Of a stretch of 41,411 nucleotides of DNA, positions 25,744 through 34,892 are shown piece after piece. Where the stretch lies: positions 1 through 41,411 of the forward strand of contig JAFGPE010000101.1 in NCBI GenBank assembly GCA_016926055.1. Reading direction: 5' to 3'. The position numbers were made by a program, and so were the translations under genes. Origin of the DNA: Candidatus Woesearchaeota archaeon. GTDB lineage: Archaea > Nanobdellota > Nanobdellia > Woesearchaeales > JAADFO01. Positions within the stretch are counted from its first letter, which is position 1. The number at the start of each line of letters is the position of its first letter. The notes beneath the pieces were generated by a model. It saw nothing but the letters and a program-made list of their open reading frames with translations, did no database searches and was not told where the DNA came from.

Positions 25744-26417
25744 TTTTCTTTTCTTCCAATACAGTATATGTTGCCGCTGAACACATTCCATAATGAACTT
25801 GCAATCATTCCGCGGTTTCTACTGCACACACCGAATAAAATGAAGAAAGGCTCTAGAAAAAACTTAGGCCAGTTAACTGCACTGCCCACCTTGCAACTTT
25901 CAAGTTCACATACATCTGTGATAAAGCTATAGAGCGCTTGTTTTGTCCAAGGCCTTTTGTGGTCAATCTCATCAAAGAAGTTGATAACCTCGTATTTTTT
26001 CCTGTTTATCCCGAATGAGGGAATCAGGAGAGTGGTCCAGTTTGGAGTTTCGATATAAATCTCTCCGCCAGGTTTCAGCACTCTTTTTATCTCTTTTGCA
26101 ACATTATCGGTATTCTTGAGGTGTTCAAGAACATGTGTCATTATTATTGCGTCAAAGAAGTTGTCTTTGAATGGAAGCTTTTCTTTTTCAAGTTCGACTT
26201 TGAAATAAGACATCTCGAACTCGTGCTTTATTGACCTGTGCAAATCAACACAGCATATCTTGCAGCCAGGATACATCTTTTTTATGAATCTGGAGTTATA
26301 AAGGCCTGTGCCGCACCCAATATCTAGCACTGTCCTGTGCTTCTTCAATCTCCTGAAAAATATCCGTTTTTTTTCAAAGTAATTGATGTTCATTGGTTTA
26401 CAATAGAACCTGCTCAT
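25740..26417 (-). CDS. class I SAM-dependent methyltransferase
   Basis: Motif I 'VLDIGCGTGLY'. The alternative start ATG 26393 would place the 26419-26426 TATA box ~29 nt upstream. Confidence 0.75.
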   Translation of the reverse strand: MSRFYCKPMNINYFEKKRIFFRRLKKHRTVLDIGCGTGLYNSRFIKKMYPGCKICCVDLHRSIKHEFEMSYFKVELEKEKLPFKDNFFDAIIMTHVLEHLKNTDNVAKEIKRVLKPGGEIYIETPNWTTLLIPSFGINRKKYEVINFFDEIDHKRPWTKQALYSFITDVCELESCKVGSAVNWPKFFLEPFFILFGVCSRNRGMIASSLWNVFSGNIYCIGRKEK

Positions 26418-26418
26418 C

Positions 26419-26426
26419 TTTATAAA
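26419..26426 (-). promoter_or_regulatory. TATA-like core of 13-nt repeat copy 1
   Basis: 'ctttataaatctt' at 26418-26430 is identical to 26462-26474. Confidence 0.3.
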
Positions 26427-26462
26427 TCTTATCGTAAGGTAGAGGTTTGCAAAAGAATAAAC

Positions 26463-26470
26463 TTTATAAA
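26463..26470 (+). promoter_or_regulatory. TATA-like core of 13-nt repeat copy 2; promoter for 26494..29378
   Basis: 'tttataaa' centred ~27 nt upstream of ATG 26494. Confidence 0.4.
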
Positions 26471-26493
26471 TCTTTTAATTTTGCAGGATACCT

Positions 26494-27216
26494 ATGAAAA
26501 CTGTCGACGAAGTTGTTATTTTGTGCGGAGGAAAGGGGACAAGGCTGAGAGAGCATACTGAACAGATTCCAAAAGCCTTGGTCGAGATTGGGGGGAAGCC
26601 AATCATATGGCACATCATAAAATTCTACGCTCACTGGGGCGTTAACAGATTCATATTGTGTGTCGGCTACAAGAGCGAAAAGATAAGGGAATATTTCTCA
26701 GGAATAGATGACTTCAAAGGAAAGGAAATACTGCTTTCAGATGCCGGCGAAAATGCCAGCAAGGCAAAAAGGATACTCGAGGCAAGTTCCTTCGTGAAAG
26801 GAGAAAACTTTTATGTCGCCTATGGTGATGATTTGTCTGATGTGAATATCGGGGAGGTTGCAGCACACCATATCGAGTCGGGAAACATTGTAACTCTTAC
26901 TGCTGTTCCTCTTGTATCTCAGTTCGGAATTGTCGAACTGGATGATTCTCTGCAGATTACAGGCTTTAAGGAAAAGCCCAAGCTTAATCACTGGCTCAAC
27001 GGAGGTTTTTTTGTTTTCAGCAGAAGGATATTTGATTACCTTGAGCTGCCGGGTGAACTTGAGGTTGAGGTATTCAACGAGCTTGTCAAGAGAGGCAAGA
27101 TTGGCGCATATAAGCATTCTGGAAACTGGAAATGCATGAACACGTTCAAGGAATCACAGGAGCTTAATGATCTATGGAATAAGAACAAGGCATTTTGGAG
27201 ATGTTGGAAGGATTGA
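26494..27216 (+). CDS. rfbF: glucose-1-phosphate cytidylyltransferase
   Basis: 'VVILCGGKGTRLRE..IPKALVEIGGKPIIWHI' and 'WKCMNTFKE', typical of RfbF. Confidence 0.8.
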   Translation: MKTVDEVVILCGGKGTRLREHTEQIPKALVEIGGKPIIWHIIKFYAHWGVNRFILCVGYKSEKIREYFSGIDDFKGKEILLSDAGENASKAKRILEASSFVKGENFYVAYGDDLSDVNIGEVAAHHIESGNIVTLTAVPLVSQFGIVELDDSLQITGFKEKPKLNHWLNGGFFVFSRRIFDYLELPGELEVEVFNELVKRGKIGAYKHSGNWKCMNTFKESQELNDLWNKNKAFWRCWKD

Positions 27217-27222
27217 TTTCCT

Positions 27223-28197
27223 ATGAAAGAAAAAAACAATTGGGAAGAGAAAAATGTTTTTGTAACAGGGGGCTCAGGGTTTGTCGGTTCATGGCTGACA
27301 AAAAAGCTTCTGGAAAAGAATGCGAACGTCACAGTACTTGTAAGGGATGAAGTCAAGAACTCAGGGCTTAATCTATTGAATGTTGAAGGCTACAATGTTG
27401 TTAGGGGGGATATAACTGATTACAGTGTTGTTGAAAGAGCGCTGAACGAGTTTGAGATAGAGACTGTATTTCATCTTGCGGCGCAGGCAATAGTCGGCAT
27501 AGCAAACAGGTCACCCTTGCCAACCTTCCGTACTAATATAATGGGGACCTGCAATGTCCTTGAGGCTGCACGAAGCATAAGCACTGTGAAGAGAGTGATT
27601 GTGGCATCAAGCGACAAGGCGTACGGCCCGCATGAAAAACTTCCTTACACAGAAGACTTTCCCCTTAAGGGCACCCATCCATATGATGTTTCAAAGACAT
27701 GTACAGATCTTGTAAGCCAGGCATATTTTCACACGTATGAACTTCCCGTTTCAATCCTCCGATGCGCGAACATCTACGGGGGAGCAGATATGAATTTTAA
27801 CAGAATCATTCCGGGGACCATAAAATCAATACTATTTGATGAGGCACCGATAATAAGGAGTGATGGAAAATTCAAGCGCGATTATTTCTATGTCGAGGAT
27901 GCAGCTGATGCATATATCCTTCTTGGAGAACAGCAGGACAAGAAGTTCTTTGGTGAGGCATTTAACTTCGGCACAGGAATCCCAATATCTGTCCTGGACC
28001 TTGTGGATGAGATAATCAAGGCTTCAGGAAAAACAGCAATGAAGCCGAAAATCCTTAATCAGGCTTCAGGGGAGATAAGGGACCAGTTCCTCTCTTCTGA
28101 GAAGGCAAAGAAAATTTTCAACTGGAAGCCAAGATTCGGCACGGGGGAAGGGCTTAGAAAAACATTTGATTGGTACAGGGAGTTTTTCAGAAAATGA
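27223..28197 (+). CDS. NDP-hexose 4,6-dehydratase-like extended SDR (CDP-glucose 4,6-dehydratase candidate)
   Basis: 'VFVTGGSGFVGSWL' and 'YDVSK' (YxxxK). Lies immediately downstream of rfbF. Confidence 0.6.
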   Translation: MKEKNNWEEKNVFVTGGSGFVGSWLTKKLLEKNANVTVLVRDEVKNSGLNLLNVEGYNVVRGDITDYSVVERALNEFEIETVFHLAAQAIVGIANRSPLPTFRTNIMGTCNVLEAARSISTVKRVIVASSDKAYGPHEKLPYTEDFPLKGTHPYDVSKTCTDLVSQAYFHTYELPVSILRCANIYGGADMNFNRIIPGTIKSILFDEAPIIRSDGKFKRDYFYVEDAADAYILLGEQQDKKFFGEAFNFGTGIPISVLDLVDEIIKASGKTAMKPKILNQASGEIRDQFLSSEKAKKIFNWKPRFGTGEGLRKTFDWYREFFRK

Positions 28198-29378
28198 GCA
28201 GAATAAGGTTGTGCAGTGTATGTTTCGGCTTCAACCACCCGACAGCAAAGAGGCTTCTTAATTTTTTTGAGTACGTGGGCAAGAACTATGATATTGATAT
28301 AGACCTGATTACTGTCAAGAAATGGAACGGCTTTGTTCTTCCGGATATAGAAAAATACAACAGCAAGACTCTCAGAATTCACTTTCTCGACACAATGCAT
28401 TTTGATTTCAGGAAAACTCATTCCCAGCACAGGTTTTTGTATCTGCACATCCGCAGCAAGATAAGGCAGCTCAACCCAGATGTATTGTACATAATGGATG
28501 AACCAATCTCTTTGTCAAGCTTCCAATTAACATTGATTGCCAAATCCCTGGACATCAAGATAGCATTTCACTGCTGGGAGAACATGGAGTTCAGACACTC
28601 GCTTCCTGTCCAGTTAATGGAAAAATTCGTTATAAGGAACACTGATTTGATAATTGCAGGCACTGAAGAAGTGAAGAAGATATATCTTGATAGGGGAACT
28701 CCTAATGAAAAAATCATAATTCTTCCCGAGGCAGGGATTGATACAGGGTTCTACACGCCGGTTGACAAGCCCAGTGCAATAAAGAAAAAGCTGAACAAAT
28801 TAGCAAATCTCCCAAAAGAAAAAACAATCCTTTTCATAGGAAGACTCATGGAGATAAAGGGAATAAGAACATTATTAAGCGCTGCTGAGATTCTTGACGA
28901 TGGCAAGATAGACTACAGGTTGATAATAATAGGTTTTGGCGGGCACAATGAAGAAACGCTTGCAGAAGAAACGATTAAATTCTCAAAGAACCACAAAAAT
29001 GTTATTTTCATAGAAGACCTAGAAAACAAATATATCCCTCAGGCCTATAACCTTGGCTCAATATTTGTATATCCTTCCATTCCGAGTTCGGTTTGGAGGG
29101 AGCAGTTCGGCTATTCGATAATCGAGGCAATGTCCTGTCGTCTTCCGGTCATTTCGACTTATAGTGGTGGCCCTGAAACAATAATTGAAGATGCAAAGAA
29201 CGGATTTCTCATAGAGCCGGATGATGCAAAGATTCTTGCCAAGAAGATTATGATTCTGTTGAAGAACCATGAATTGAGGGCCAGAATGGGAAACTATGCG
29301 CGGGAATATGTCATAAAAAAATACAGCTTTCCGGCTGTCTCAAAAAAATTATACTCTGCATTCAAGAAGTTGGTTTGA
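28194..29378 (+). CDS. GT4-family glycosyltransferase
   Basis: 'EQFGYSIIEAMSCRLPVISTYSGGPETII'. ATGA overlap with the upstream gene at 28194. Confidence 0.7.
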   Translation: MSRIRLCSVCFGFNHPTAKRLLNFFEYVGKNYDIDIDLITVKKWNGFVLPDIEKYNSKTLRIHFLDTMHFDFRKTHSQHRFLYLHIRSKIRQLNPDVLYIMDEPISLSSFQLTLIAKSLDIKIAFHCWENMEFRHSLPVQLMEKFVIRNTDLIIAGTEEVKKIYLDRGTPNEKIIILPEAGIDTGFYTPVDKPSAIKKKLNKLANLPKEKTILFIGRLMEIKGIRTLLSAAEILDDGKIDYRLIIIGFGGHNEETLAEETIKFSKNHKNVIFIEDLENKYIPQAYNLGSIFVYPSIPSSVWREQFGYSIIEAMSCRLPVISTYSGGPETIIEDAKNGFLIEPDDAKILAKKIMILLKNHELRARMGNYAREYVIKKYSFPAVSKKLYSAFKKLV

Positions 29379-30426
29379 TGCTCTCGTAAATTTTGATATG
29401 ATTCTTTCCGTTCTGTTTCCAGTCAGCCATCTTCCTGTATTTTTCAATTCCTTCCCTGTAACTCGCAAGGTTTAAATAAACAGCATTAATCCCTTTTGCA
29501 ATTTGCTCAGGGCTTTCAGGTTTTATTATCTCTCCCGTGCGGTACTCCTTTACAACGTCGAATATTGCTCCCACTTTAGTTATCACAACAGGAATATTGT
29601 ACTCTGCAGCATCCTGCACTATGCCTGAGTTATATGGCCCCCAGGTATATGGAATAACAACTATACTTGTCTGCCTGTACAATTTGTCCTTCACCTTATC
29701 CGAAATCCATTCACCGGAAACAATATCTATCCTGCCTTTTGCTCTGCTTTTACTTACCTTATCCTTTAGCCTTTCAAGATATTGTTTGGATTTGCTGTTC
29801 GGAGTGCTCCCGGCAATTGTCAGCCTAAAATCGCTGAGCAGTTCCATTGCTTCTATCAAATGCTCGAGGCCCTTGCCTTTGGATATTATCCCAAAAAATA
29901 GGATGCTCCTTGACTTTTTTGGAATGTTTTTCCTGGGATAAAGACCAGTATGTACGACTTCAACATTGTCTGCTTTGTATTTCTGAACAAGGAATCTCTT
30001 CTGCACATCTGTATGCACAATGAGTCTGGAGGACTTTCTTACAATATTCCCTTCGATAAACTCCAGCACGGCGTGCCTGAGATTCGTGATTATGCTCCCA
30101 TCCATTTTGAACTGAACCTCGTGCAGCGTAGTCACTACGGGAATTCCGAGGCTGTAGACAGGAAGAAGATTAAGATTAAAAGTAAACTTTCCATAGAGGG
30201 GAGCAATATACTGAATGTGAAGAATATCCAGATTTTCTTTTTTAATTATTTCCTGAATCCTTCTTCTCAGCGAGAATGATTTGAAGTTTATGACATAGTC
30301 CGCCCTTGAGCCACTGGAACCTATTTTTACAAAATTAGTTTTGCAGTTCTTCACAAGGTTATATGTATAAATCCTTGCAACGCTGTCCTTAAGAGGAGGA
30401 TATGAGCTTATCATCCCTACCCTCAT
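29362..30426 (-). CDS. GT4-family glycosyltransferase
   Basis: 'MRVGMISSYPP' and 'IVQDAAEYNIPVVITKVGAI'. GGAGGTG Shine-Dalgarno 8 nt upstream. Confidence 0.7.
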   Translation of the reverse strand: MRVGMISSYPPLKDSVARIYTYNLVKNCKTNFVKIGSSGSRADYVINFKSFSLRRRIQEIIKKENLDILHIQYIAPLYGKFTFNLNLLPVYSLGIPVVTTLHEVQFKMDGSIITNLRHAVLEFIEGNIVRKSSRLIVHTDVQKRFLVQKYKADNVEVVHTGLYPRKNIPKKSRSILFFGIISKGKGLEHLIEAMELLSDFRLTIAGSTPNSKSKQYLERLKDKVSKSRAKGRIDIVSGEWISDKVKDKLYRQTSIVVIPYTWGPYNSGIVQDAAEYNIPVVITKVGAIFDVVKEYRTGEIIKPESPEQIAKGINAVYLNLASYREGIEKYRKMADWKQNGKNHIKIYESIKPTS

Positions 30427-30444
30427 GGCGATTCCACCTCCTTC

Positions 30445-31740
30445 TTACAGGCAATAATAAATAAAGCCGTTTCTTCTGGCTTCCTCAGTAGAGTAATGTG
30501 ATTTTATGTCCATTAGAACAGCTTTCTCGCAGGCAATTTTCTTTAAATCACTGATCCCCATCTTTTTGAACTGGTCATGAATAACAGAAACAATAATCGC
30601 ATCATACTTTGTCTTGGTTTTTGTCGCGTCACCGCTTTCTACCCTGAACTCATCCCTTATTGTTTGCTCTGTAAGTAAGGGGTCATGTGCATGGACATCG
30701 CAGCCTTGTTTTTTCAGTTCATCTATGACGTGCAGTATTTTGCTGTTTCTTGTGTCGTTGATATTCTCCTTGAAAGATAGCCCCATGACAAGAACTTTAG
30801 CTTTATTGATGTCCTTTCCTATATCTTTAATGCCTGAGATGACGAGCCGGGCAATATGTACTGCCATGTGCTCGTTAACCTCGCGTGCGGCAAGTATTAG
30901 TTTAGGAGTATGGCCAAGAGCCTTGCTTTTGTGAACAAGATAATAAGGGTCTACAGAGATGCAATGGCCACCAACAAGGCCTGGCTGATATTTCTGAAAG
31001 TTCCATTTTGTGCCGGCAGCTTCAATTACCTCTTTTGTGTTCAACCCCATCTTCCTGAAAATCAATGACAGCTCATTGACAAGAGCAATATTGAGGTCGC
31101 GCTGGGTATTCTCAATGACCTTTGCAGCTTCAGCAGTCTTTATGCTTTTTGCCCTGTAGACTCCTGCTTTGATTATCTTCCCATAAAGCTTCGCGATTTC
31201 ATCCAGGCTTTTTTCATCACAACCAGACACAATCTTAACAATATTCTCTGTAGTGTGAACAGTATCGCTAGGATTCACCCTTTCAGGGCTATAACCAGTC
31301 TTGAAATCAGCAGGATATTTCATGCCACTTTCCTTTTCCAGGATTGGCACGCATATATCCTCTGTGACTCCTGGGTAGACAGTTGACTCATAGACTACTA
31401 TTGCATTCTTCTTAAGGTTTCTTCCAATAGTCACTGTTGCAGACTCAACAAAGCTAAGATCGGGTTCTTCGCTTCCCTCATCAATCGGCGTCGGAACGGC
31501 AACAACAACATAAGCAGCTTCATTTATTCTGGTTTCATCTGATGTGAACTCTATCCTGCTCGTTTTTAAATCATTTTCACTTGTTTGCTTCGTTGAATCA
31601 ATTCCTTTTTTTAGTTCTTCAATCCTTTTTTTGCTTATGTCAAAGCCTATTGTAAGAAGGTCAGTTTTTGAGAAAAGAACTGCCAGCGGCAGCCCAACAT
31701 AGCCTAGGCCGACAATACATACTGTTTTCTTGTCCATCAT
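30445..31740 (-). CDS. UDP-N-acetyl-hexosamine 6-dehydrogenase-like nucleotide-sugar dehydrogenase (TviB/WbpO/WecC group)
   Basis: 'VCIVGLGYVGLPLAV' and catalytic Cys 'GLVGGHCISVDPYY'. Confidence 0.85.
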   Translation of the reverse strand: MMDKKTVCIVGLGYVGLPLAVLFSKTDLLTIGFDISKKRIEELKKGIDSTKQTSENDLKTSRIEFTSDETRINEAAYVVVAVPTPIDEGSEEPDLSFVESATVTIGRNLKKNAIVVYESTVYPGVTEDICVPILEKESGMKYPADFKTGYSPERVNPSDTVHTTENIVKIVSGCDEKSLDEIAKLYGKIIKAGVYRAKSIKTAEAAKVIENTQRDLNIALVNELSLIFRKMGLNTKEVIEAAGTKWNFQKYQPGLVGGHCISVDPYYLVHKSKALGHTPKLILAAREVNEHMAVHIARLVISGIKDIGKDINKAKVLVMGLSFKENINDTRNSKILHVIDELKKQGCDVHAHDPLLTEQTIRDEFRVESGDATKTKTKYDAIIVSVIHDQFKKMGISDLKKIACEKAVLMDIKSHYSTEEARRNGFIYYCL

Positions 31741-31757
31741 TCCTTCGAATAAAGGGC

Positions 31758-31767
31758 TTTTTATAAA
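31758..31767 (-). promoter_or_regulatory. TATA-like box for 31740..29362
   Basis: Plus-strand 'tttttataaa' centred ~23-25 nt upstream of the MM start. Confidence 0.3.
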
Positions 31768-31867
31768 CTTTTCGGAATACCGTAATCCAGCCCAGTATTC
31801 GATTTTTTCTTTTCAGTTGAATTGCTGCAGAACATAGCCAAGGAGAATGTCCTTCCTGAGAACGAAC

Positions 31868-32437
31868 TTAATTTGAACAAACATACGCGAATGCCGGAGG
31901 TAAATTTAACCACACTATTTTTGTAGTCTTTACAGTCTTGAATGTTTCTAACAATAGCCTCCTGAACCGTCTTCCTGCAGGAAGATAGGTTAGTGGAAAA
32001 TATGAAAAAGTTACAAATATGCCCTCTTTAACCATGCTCTTTTGTATTTTGCTAATTAACCTTTTTTGTAATTCTTTTTCGAATGCAGTCCAAGGCAAAC
32101 CAGATACAATTCTGTCTGCCTTATCGAAGTTATTCAACCTGAGGTATTTATCGATATTTTCACAAGTATCGTTATAAACAGTGCAATGAGGCAGATGTCT
32201 ATTGATTATTTTAACAAAGGCTTCATTGAGCTCAATAGCAAAAAAAACTGACGTTTTATTCTTTTTATTCAATATCTCTTTTGAGAAAACCCCTGTTCCC
32301 GGCCCCAGTTCCACAATGCATCTGGCAGCACCAAGGTCAGCTTCATCCGTAACAAGCTTTGCTAATCCTTTTGAACTTTCTGCTACAGCTCCTGTGGACT
32401 TCGGCGATCTGAAGGTTTCTTTTAAAAAATTGAGCAT
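31868..32437 (-). CDS. class I methyltransferase of the COG3963 'phospholipid N-methyltransferase'-like group
   Basis: 'FRSPKSTGAVAESS', 'IVELGPGTGVF', 'IVSGLPW'. Start ATG 32437 chosen because the TATA-like box 32460-32468 is centred 27 nt upstream and family N-termini look like 'MLNFLKETF'. The track start is 32500. Confidence 0.6.
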   Translation of the reverse strand: MLNFLKETFRSPKSTGAVAESSKGLAKLVTDEADLGAARCIVELGPGTGVFSKEILNKKNKTSVFFAIELNEAFVKIINRHLPHCTVYNDTCENIDKYLRLNNFDKADRIVSGLPWTAFEKELQKRLISKIQKSMVKEGIFVTFSYFPLTYLPAGRRFRRLLLETFKTVKTTKIVWLNLPPAFAYVCSN

Positions 32438-32459
32438 ACTGGATAACAATCTCTCCCTA

Positions 32460-32468
32460 TTTATAAAA
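32460..32468 (-). promoter_or_regulatory. TATA-like box for 31868..32437
   Basis: Plus-strand 'tttataaaa', 27 nt from the ATG at 32437. Confidence 0.35.
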
Positions 32469-32550
32469 TCTTTGCTAACTCTCATTCTTACAACTCTCAA
32501 CCGGTTGTTGGGAAATTGCAGATGTGATTCAATGTCAATCTATCTAAACT

Positions 32551-32560
32551 TTTATATATT
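32551..32560 (+). promoter_or_regulatory. TATA-like box for 32583..33584
   Basis: 'tttatatatt' centred 28 nt upstream of ATG 32583. Confidence 0.4.
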
Positions 32561-32582
32561 TCATTCAGTTCTTCTGCTTATA

Positions 32583-33584
32583 ATGAATAGCTCTCTTTTG
32601 AAAAAAGCCCTCGCAAAGCATCCTCTTGCCCAGAGGCTTTTTTTCTCTGATGAAGATATGCGGTGGGCCACCCCGAAGGTTGTTGCAGATTACCGTGCAG
32701 AAAGACTAAAGTGCGACGTTATTGCCGACTTGTGCTGCGGCATTGGTCTTCAGGCTTTTTCCTTCGCAGAGCAATGCAAAAACGTATATGCTGTGGAGAT
32801 TGACGAGAGAAAGCTTGACTGTGCTAGGAAGAATGCAGAAGTGCTGGGGATAAAAAACATTGTTTTCATAAAGGGCAATATTCTGGATGACGCAGTCATT
32901 GAGAAAATAAACGAGTCTGAGATAGTATTCTGTGACCCTGAGCGGCTGGCTTCCGAGGACAAAAGAAAGGTAGAGAATATTAAGCCAGATATCAAAGAGC
33001 TGCTTGATAAATACCGGAATATCACTGATGAAATCTGCATAGAATTTCCTCCCCAGATAAAAAAAATCTCCTTGGACTGTGAAAAAGAATACGTCTCTAT
33101 TGATGGAAGACTAAACAGATTAAATCTTTACTTTGGAAGCTTAAAAAGGTCAAATCTCAGCGCAGTTTCTCTCCCCAGCAAAGCAAGAATTGAGGCTGAA
33201 AAGAAAGAAAGGCTAAGAATCTCCTCGCAAATCTGCGAACACATCTATGAGGTTGACAGCGCTCTTGTTAAGTCGGGGCTCGCTTCGGGGCTTAATGCAA
33301 AGCTACTGTATTCCGGAAGAAATACCTACCTCACCTCAGATAAGGTTATCGAAAGCGCTTTTATTGTCAACAGCTTTTTTGTTAGCGAGGTATGCGATTT
33401 TGAAGTCAGGGAAATACGCGAATCCCTTCGCAGGCAGGGGGCAAAACTCGTCGAAATAAGATTTAATGTTGAGCCAAAGGATTACTGGCGCATAAGGAAT
33501 TCTTTCGAGAAAGGCCTTGAGGGAGATAAGAAGCTCTATCTCTTCAAAATCAAAGACAAGGCAGTTATTGCGAGGAAGGTTTAG
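32583..33584 (+). CDS. class I SAM methyltransferase with C-terminal THUMP-like region (RNA guanine-N2 / Tgs1-like)
   Basis: 'IADLCCGIGLQAF', 'VYAVEID', 'VFCDPERL'. The 5' 381 nt of track ORF 32202..33584 is antisense to the previous gene and is discarded. Confidence 0.55.
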   Translation: MNSSLLKKALAKHPLAQRLFFSDEDMRWATPKVVADYRAERLKCDVIADLCCGIGLQAFSFAEQCKNVYAVEIDERKLDCARKNAEVLGIKNIVFIKGNILDDAVIEKINESEIVFCDPERLASEDKRKVENIKPDIKELLDKYRNITDEICIEFPPQIKKISLDCEKEYVSIDGRLNRLNLYFGSLKRSNLSAVSLPSKARIEAEKKERLRISSQICEHIYEVDSALVKSGLASGLNAKLLYSGRNTYLTSDKVIESAFIVNSFFVSEVCDFEVREIRESLRRQGAKLVEIRFNVEPKDYWRIRNSFEKGLEGDKKLYLFKIKDKAVIARKV

Positions 33585-34821
33585 CTTTAATAAGATATAA
33601 TTTATCATTCCTTCTTATCTTGTCTTTTACAGGAACAGTTACAAGGTCCCCCTTTGCGGCAGAGCCCACGCTCTCATTGTCTTTGAAAATTGTTTTTATC
33701 TTTTCAAAGACCACGCCTGTTGTCGGTCCGGTTATAAGAATATCATCGCCTTTTTTTATTGTTCCCGTTTCCATAATGAACAAACCTATCTTCTTCTTGT
33801 TAAAATAATTCCTTGCAGTCCCGATAAATGCCTTTTCCTTTGTTGCCTTGGAGCCATATGCGCCGCTCCACTCGCCAAGCTTCTTCCCAAGGTAATATCC
33901 GCCGTGCCAGAATCCTCTATTAAAAACGGTTGAGAGTTCTTTTTCCAGGTTGATTATCTTGTTTTTATCATAACTGCCATTGTAATAAGAATTTATTGCC
34001 TCCCGATATATTTTTGTTGCTTTATAAACATAGTCTGCTGCCCTTGCCCTTCCTTCTATCTTCAATACGGATACCCCTGATTCAATTATCCTGTCAATGA
34101 ACCTTATTGTGCACAGGTCCTTTGGCGACATCACATATTTGTTTTCTATTAAAAGTTCATCCCCTGTTTCGTCATCAATAATCCTGTACCTTCTCCTGCA
34201 GTTCTGCAAGCATTCCCCGCGGTTTGCCGACTTATTGTAAACAGCGAGGCTCATGTGGCATTTTCCTGCAATTGAAACACAGAGTGCACCATGAATAAAG
34301 ATTTCTGTTCTGATGAGATTTCCGGAGGGGCCTTTAATCTTTTGTTTTCTTATTTCATTGCAGATATTTCTTATCTGTTCAAGCGACAGCTCCCTTGCAA
34401 GAACAATTGTATCACAATATCTTGAATAGAACCTTACAGCCTCGATGTTGCTCACATTTGCCTGTGTTGACAGATGAACTTCCATCCCTATCGAGTTCGC
34501 ACATTCCATCACAGCAACATCGCAGGCTACAACAGCATCAATCCCAGCTTTCTTCGCAGCGTTGCATATTTTTTTCACTAGTTTGATGTCTTTGTCATAA
34601 ATTATTGTGTTTAGTGTAAGATAGCTTTTTACTCTGTGCTTTTTGCAGGTGCTAGCAACCTTTTTCAGCTCAGAGATATTAAAATTGTTTGCGCCATGGC
34701 TCCTCATGTTAAGCTGCTTCACCCCAAAATATACAGAATCGGCCCCTGCCTTTATGGCTGCCATTAACGATTCAAAGTTTCCTGTAGGGGCAGTTAGTTC
34801 TGCCTTGTTCGTTTTGGTCAT
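33565..34821 (-). CDS. peptidase U32 family protein (RlhA/TrhP-type)
   Basis: 'ELTAPTGNFESLMAAIKAGADSVYFG' and the Cys-rich 'GECLQNCRRRY' region. Start ATG 34821 is 25 nt from the TATA-like box 34841-34851. Confidence 0.8.
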   Translation of the reverse strand: MTKTNKAELTAPTGNFESLMAAIKAGADSVYFGVKQLNMRSHGANNFNISELKKVASTCKKHRVKSYLTLNTIIYDKDIKLVKKICNAAKKAGIDAVVACDVAVMECANSIGMEVHLSTQANVSNIEAVRFYSRYCDTIVLARELSLEQIRNICNEIRKQKIKGPSGNLIRTEIFIHGALCVSIAGKCHMSLAVYNKSANRGECLQNCRRRYRIIDDETGDELLIENKYVMSPKDLCTIRFIDRIIESGVSVLKIEGRARAADYVYKATKIYREAINSYYNGSYDKNKIINLEKELSTVFNRGFWHGGYYLGKKLGEWSGAYGSKATKEKAFIGTARNYFNKKKIGLFIMETGTIKKGDDILITGPTTGVVFEKIKTIFKDNESVGSAAKGDLVTVPVKDKIRRNDKLYLIKAKPSSQ

Positions 34822-34840
34822 ACAAAATAAGAACCGCATC

Positions 34841-34851
34841 TTATTAATATA
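34841..34851 (-). promoter_or_regulatory. TATA-like box for the U32 gene
   Basis: Plus-strand 'ttattaatata'. Confidence 0.3.
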
Positions 34852-34862
34852 CTTAACGAAAG

Positions 34863-34873
34863 ATATATAAATA
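34863..34873 (+). promoter_or_regulatory. TATA-like box for the ArsR unit
   Basis: 'atatataaata' centred ~25 nt upstream of ATG 34893. Confidence 0.35.
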
Positions 34874-34891
34874 CTTGCATATTTGTGCAAG
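34874..34891. promoter_or_regulatory. 6-6-6 palindrome, candidate ArsR operator
   Basis: 'cttgca-tatttg-tgcaag' lies between the TATA-like box and the arsR-like ATG. Confidence 0.35.
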
Positions 34892-34892
34892 C

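Noticed and set aside
32202-32582. N-terminal 127 codons of track ORF 32202..33584
   Set aside because: This part is antisense to the COG3963 methyltransferase gene. A TATA-like box at 32551-32560 sits 28 nt before ATG 32583, and the methyltransferase fold begins after that ATG.
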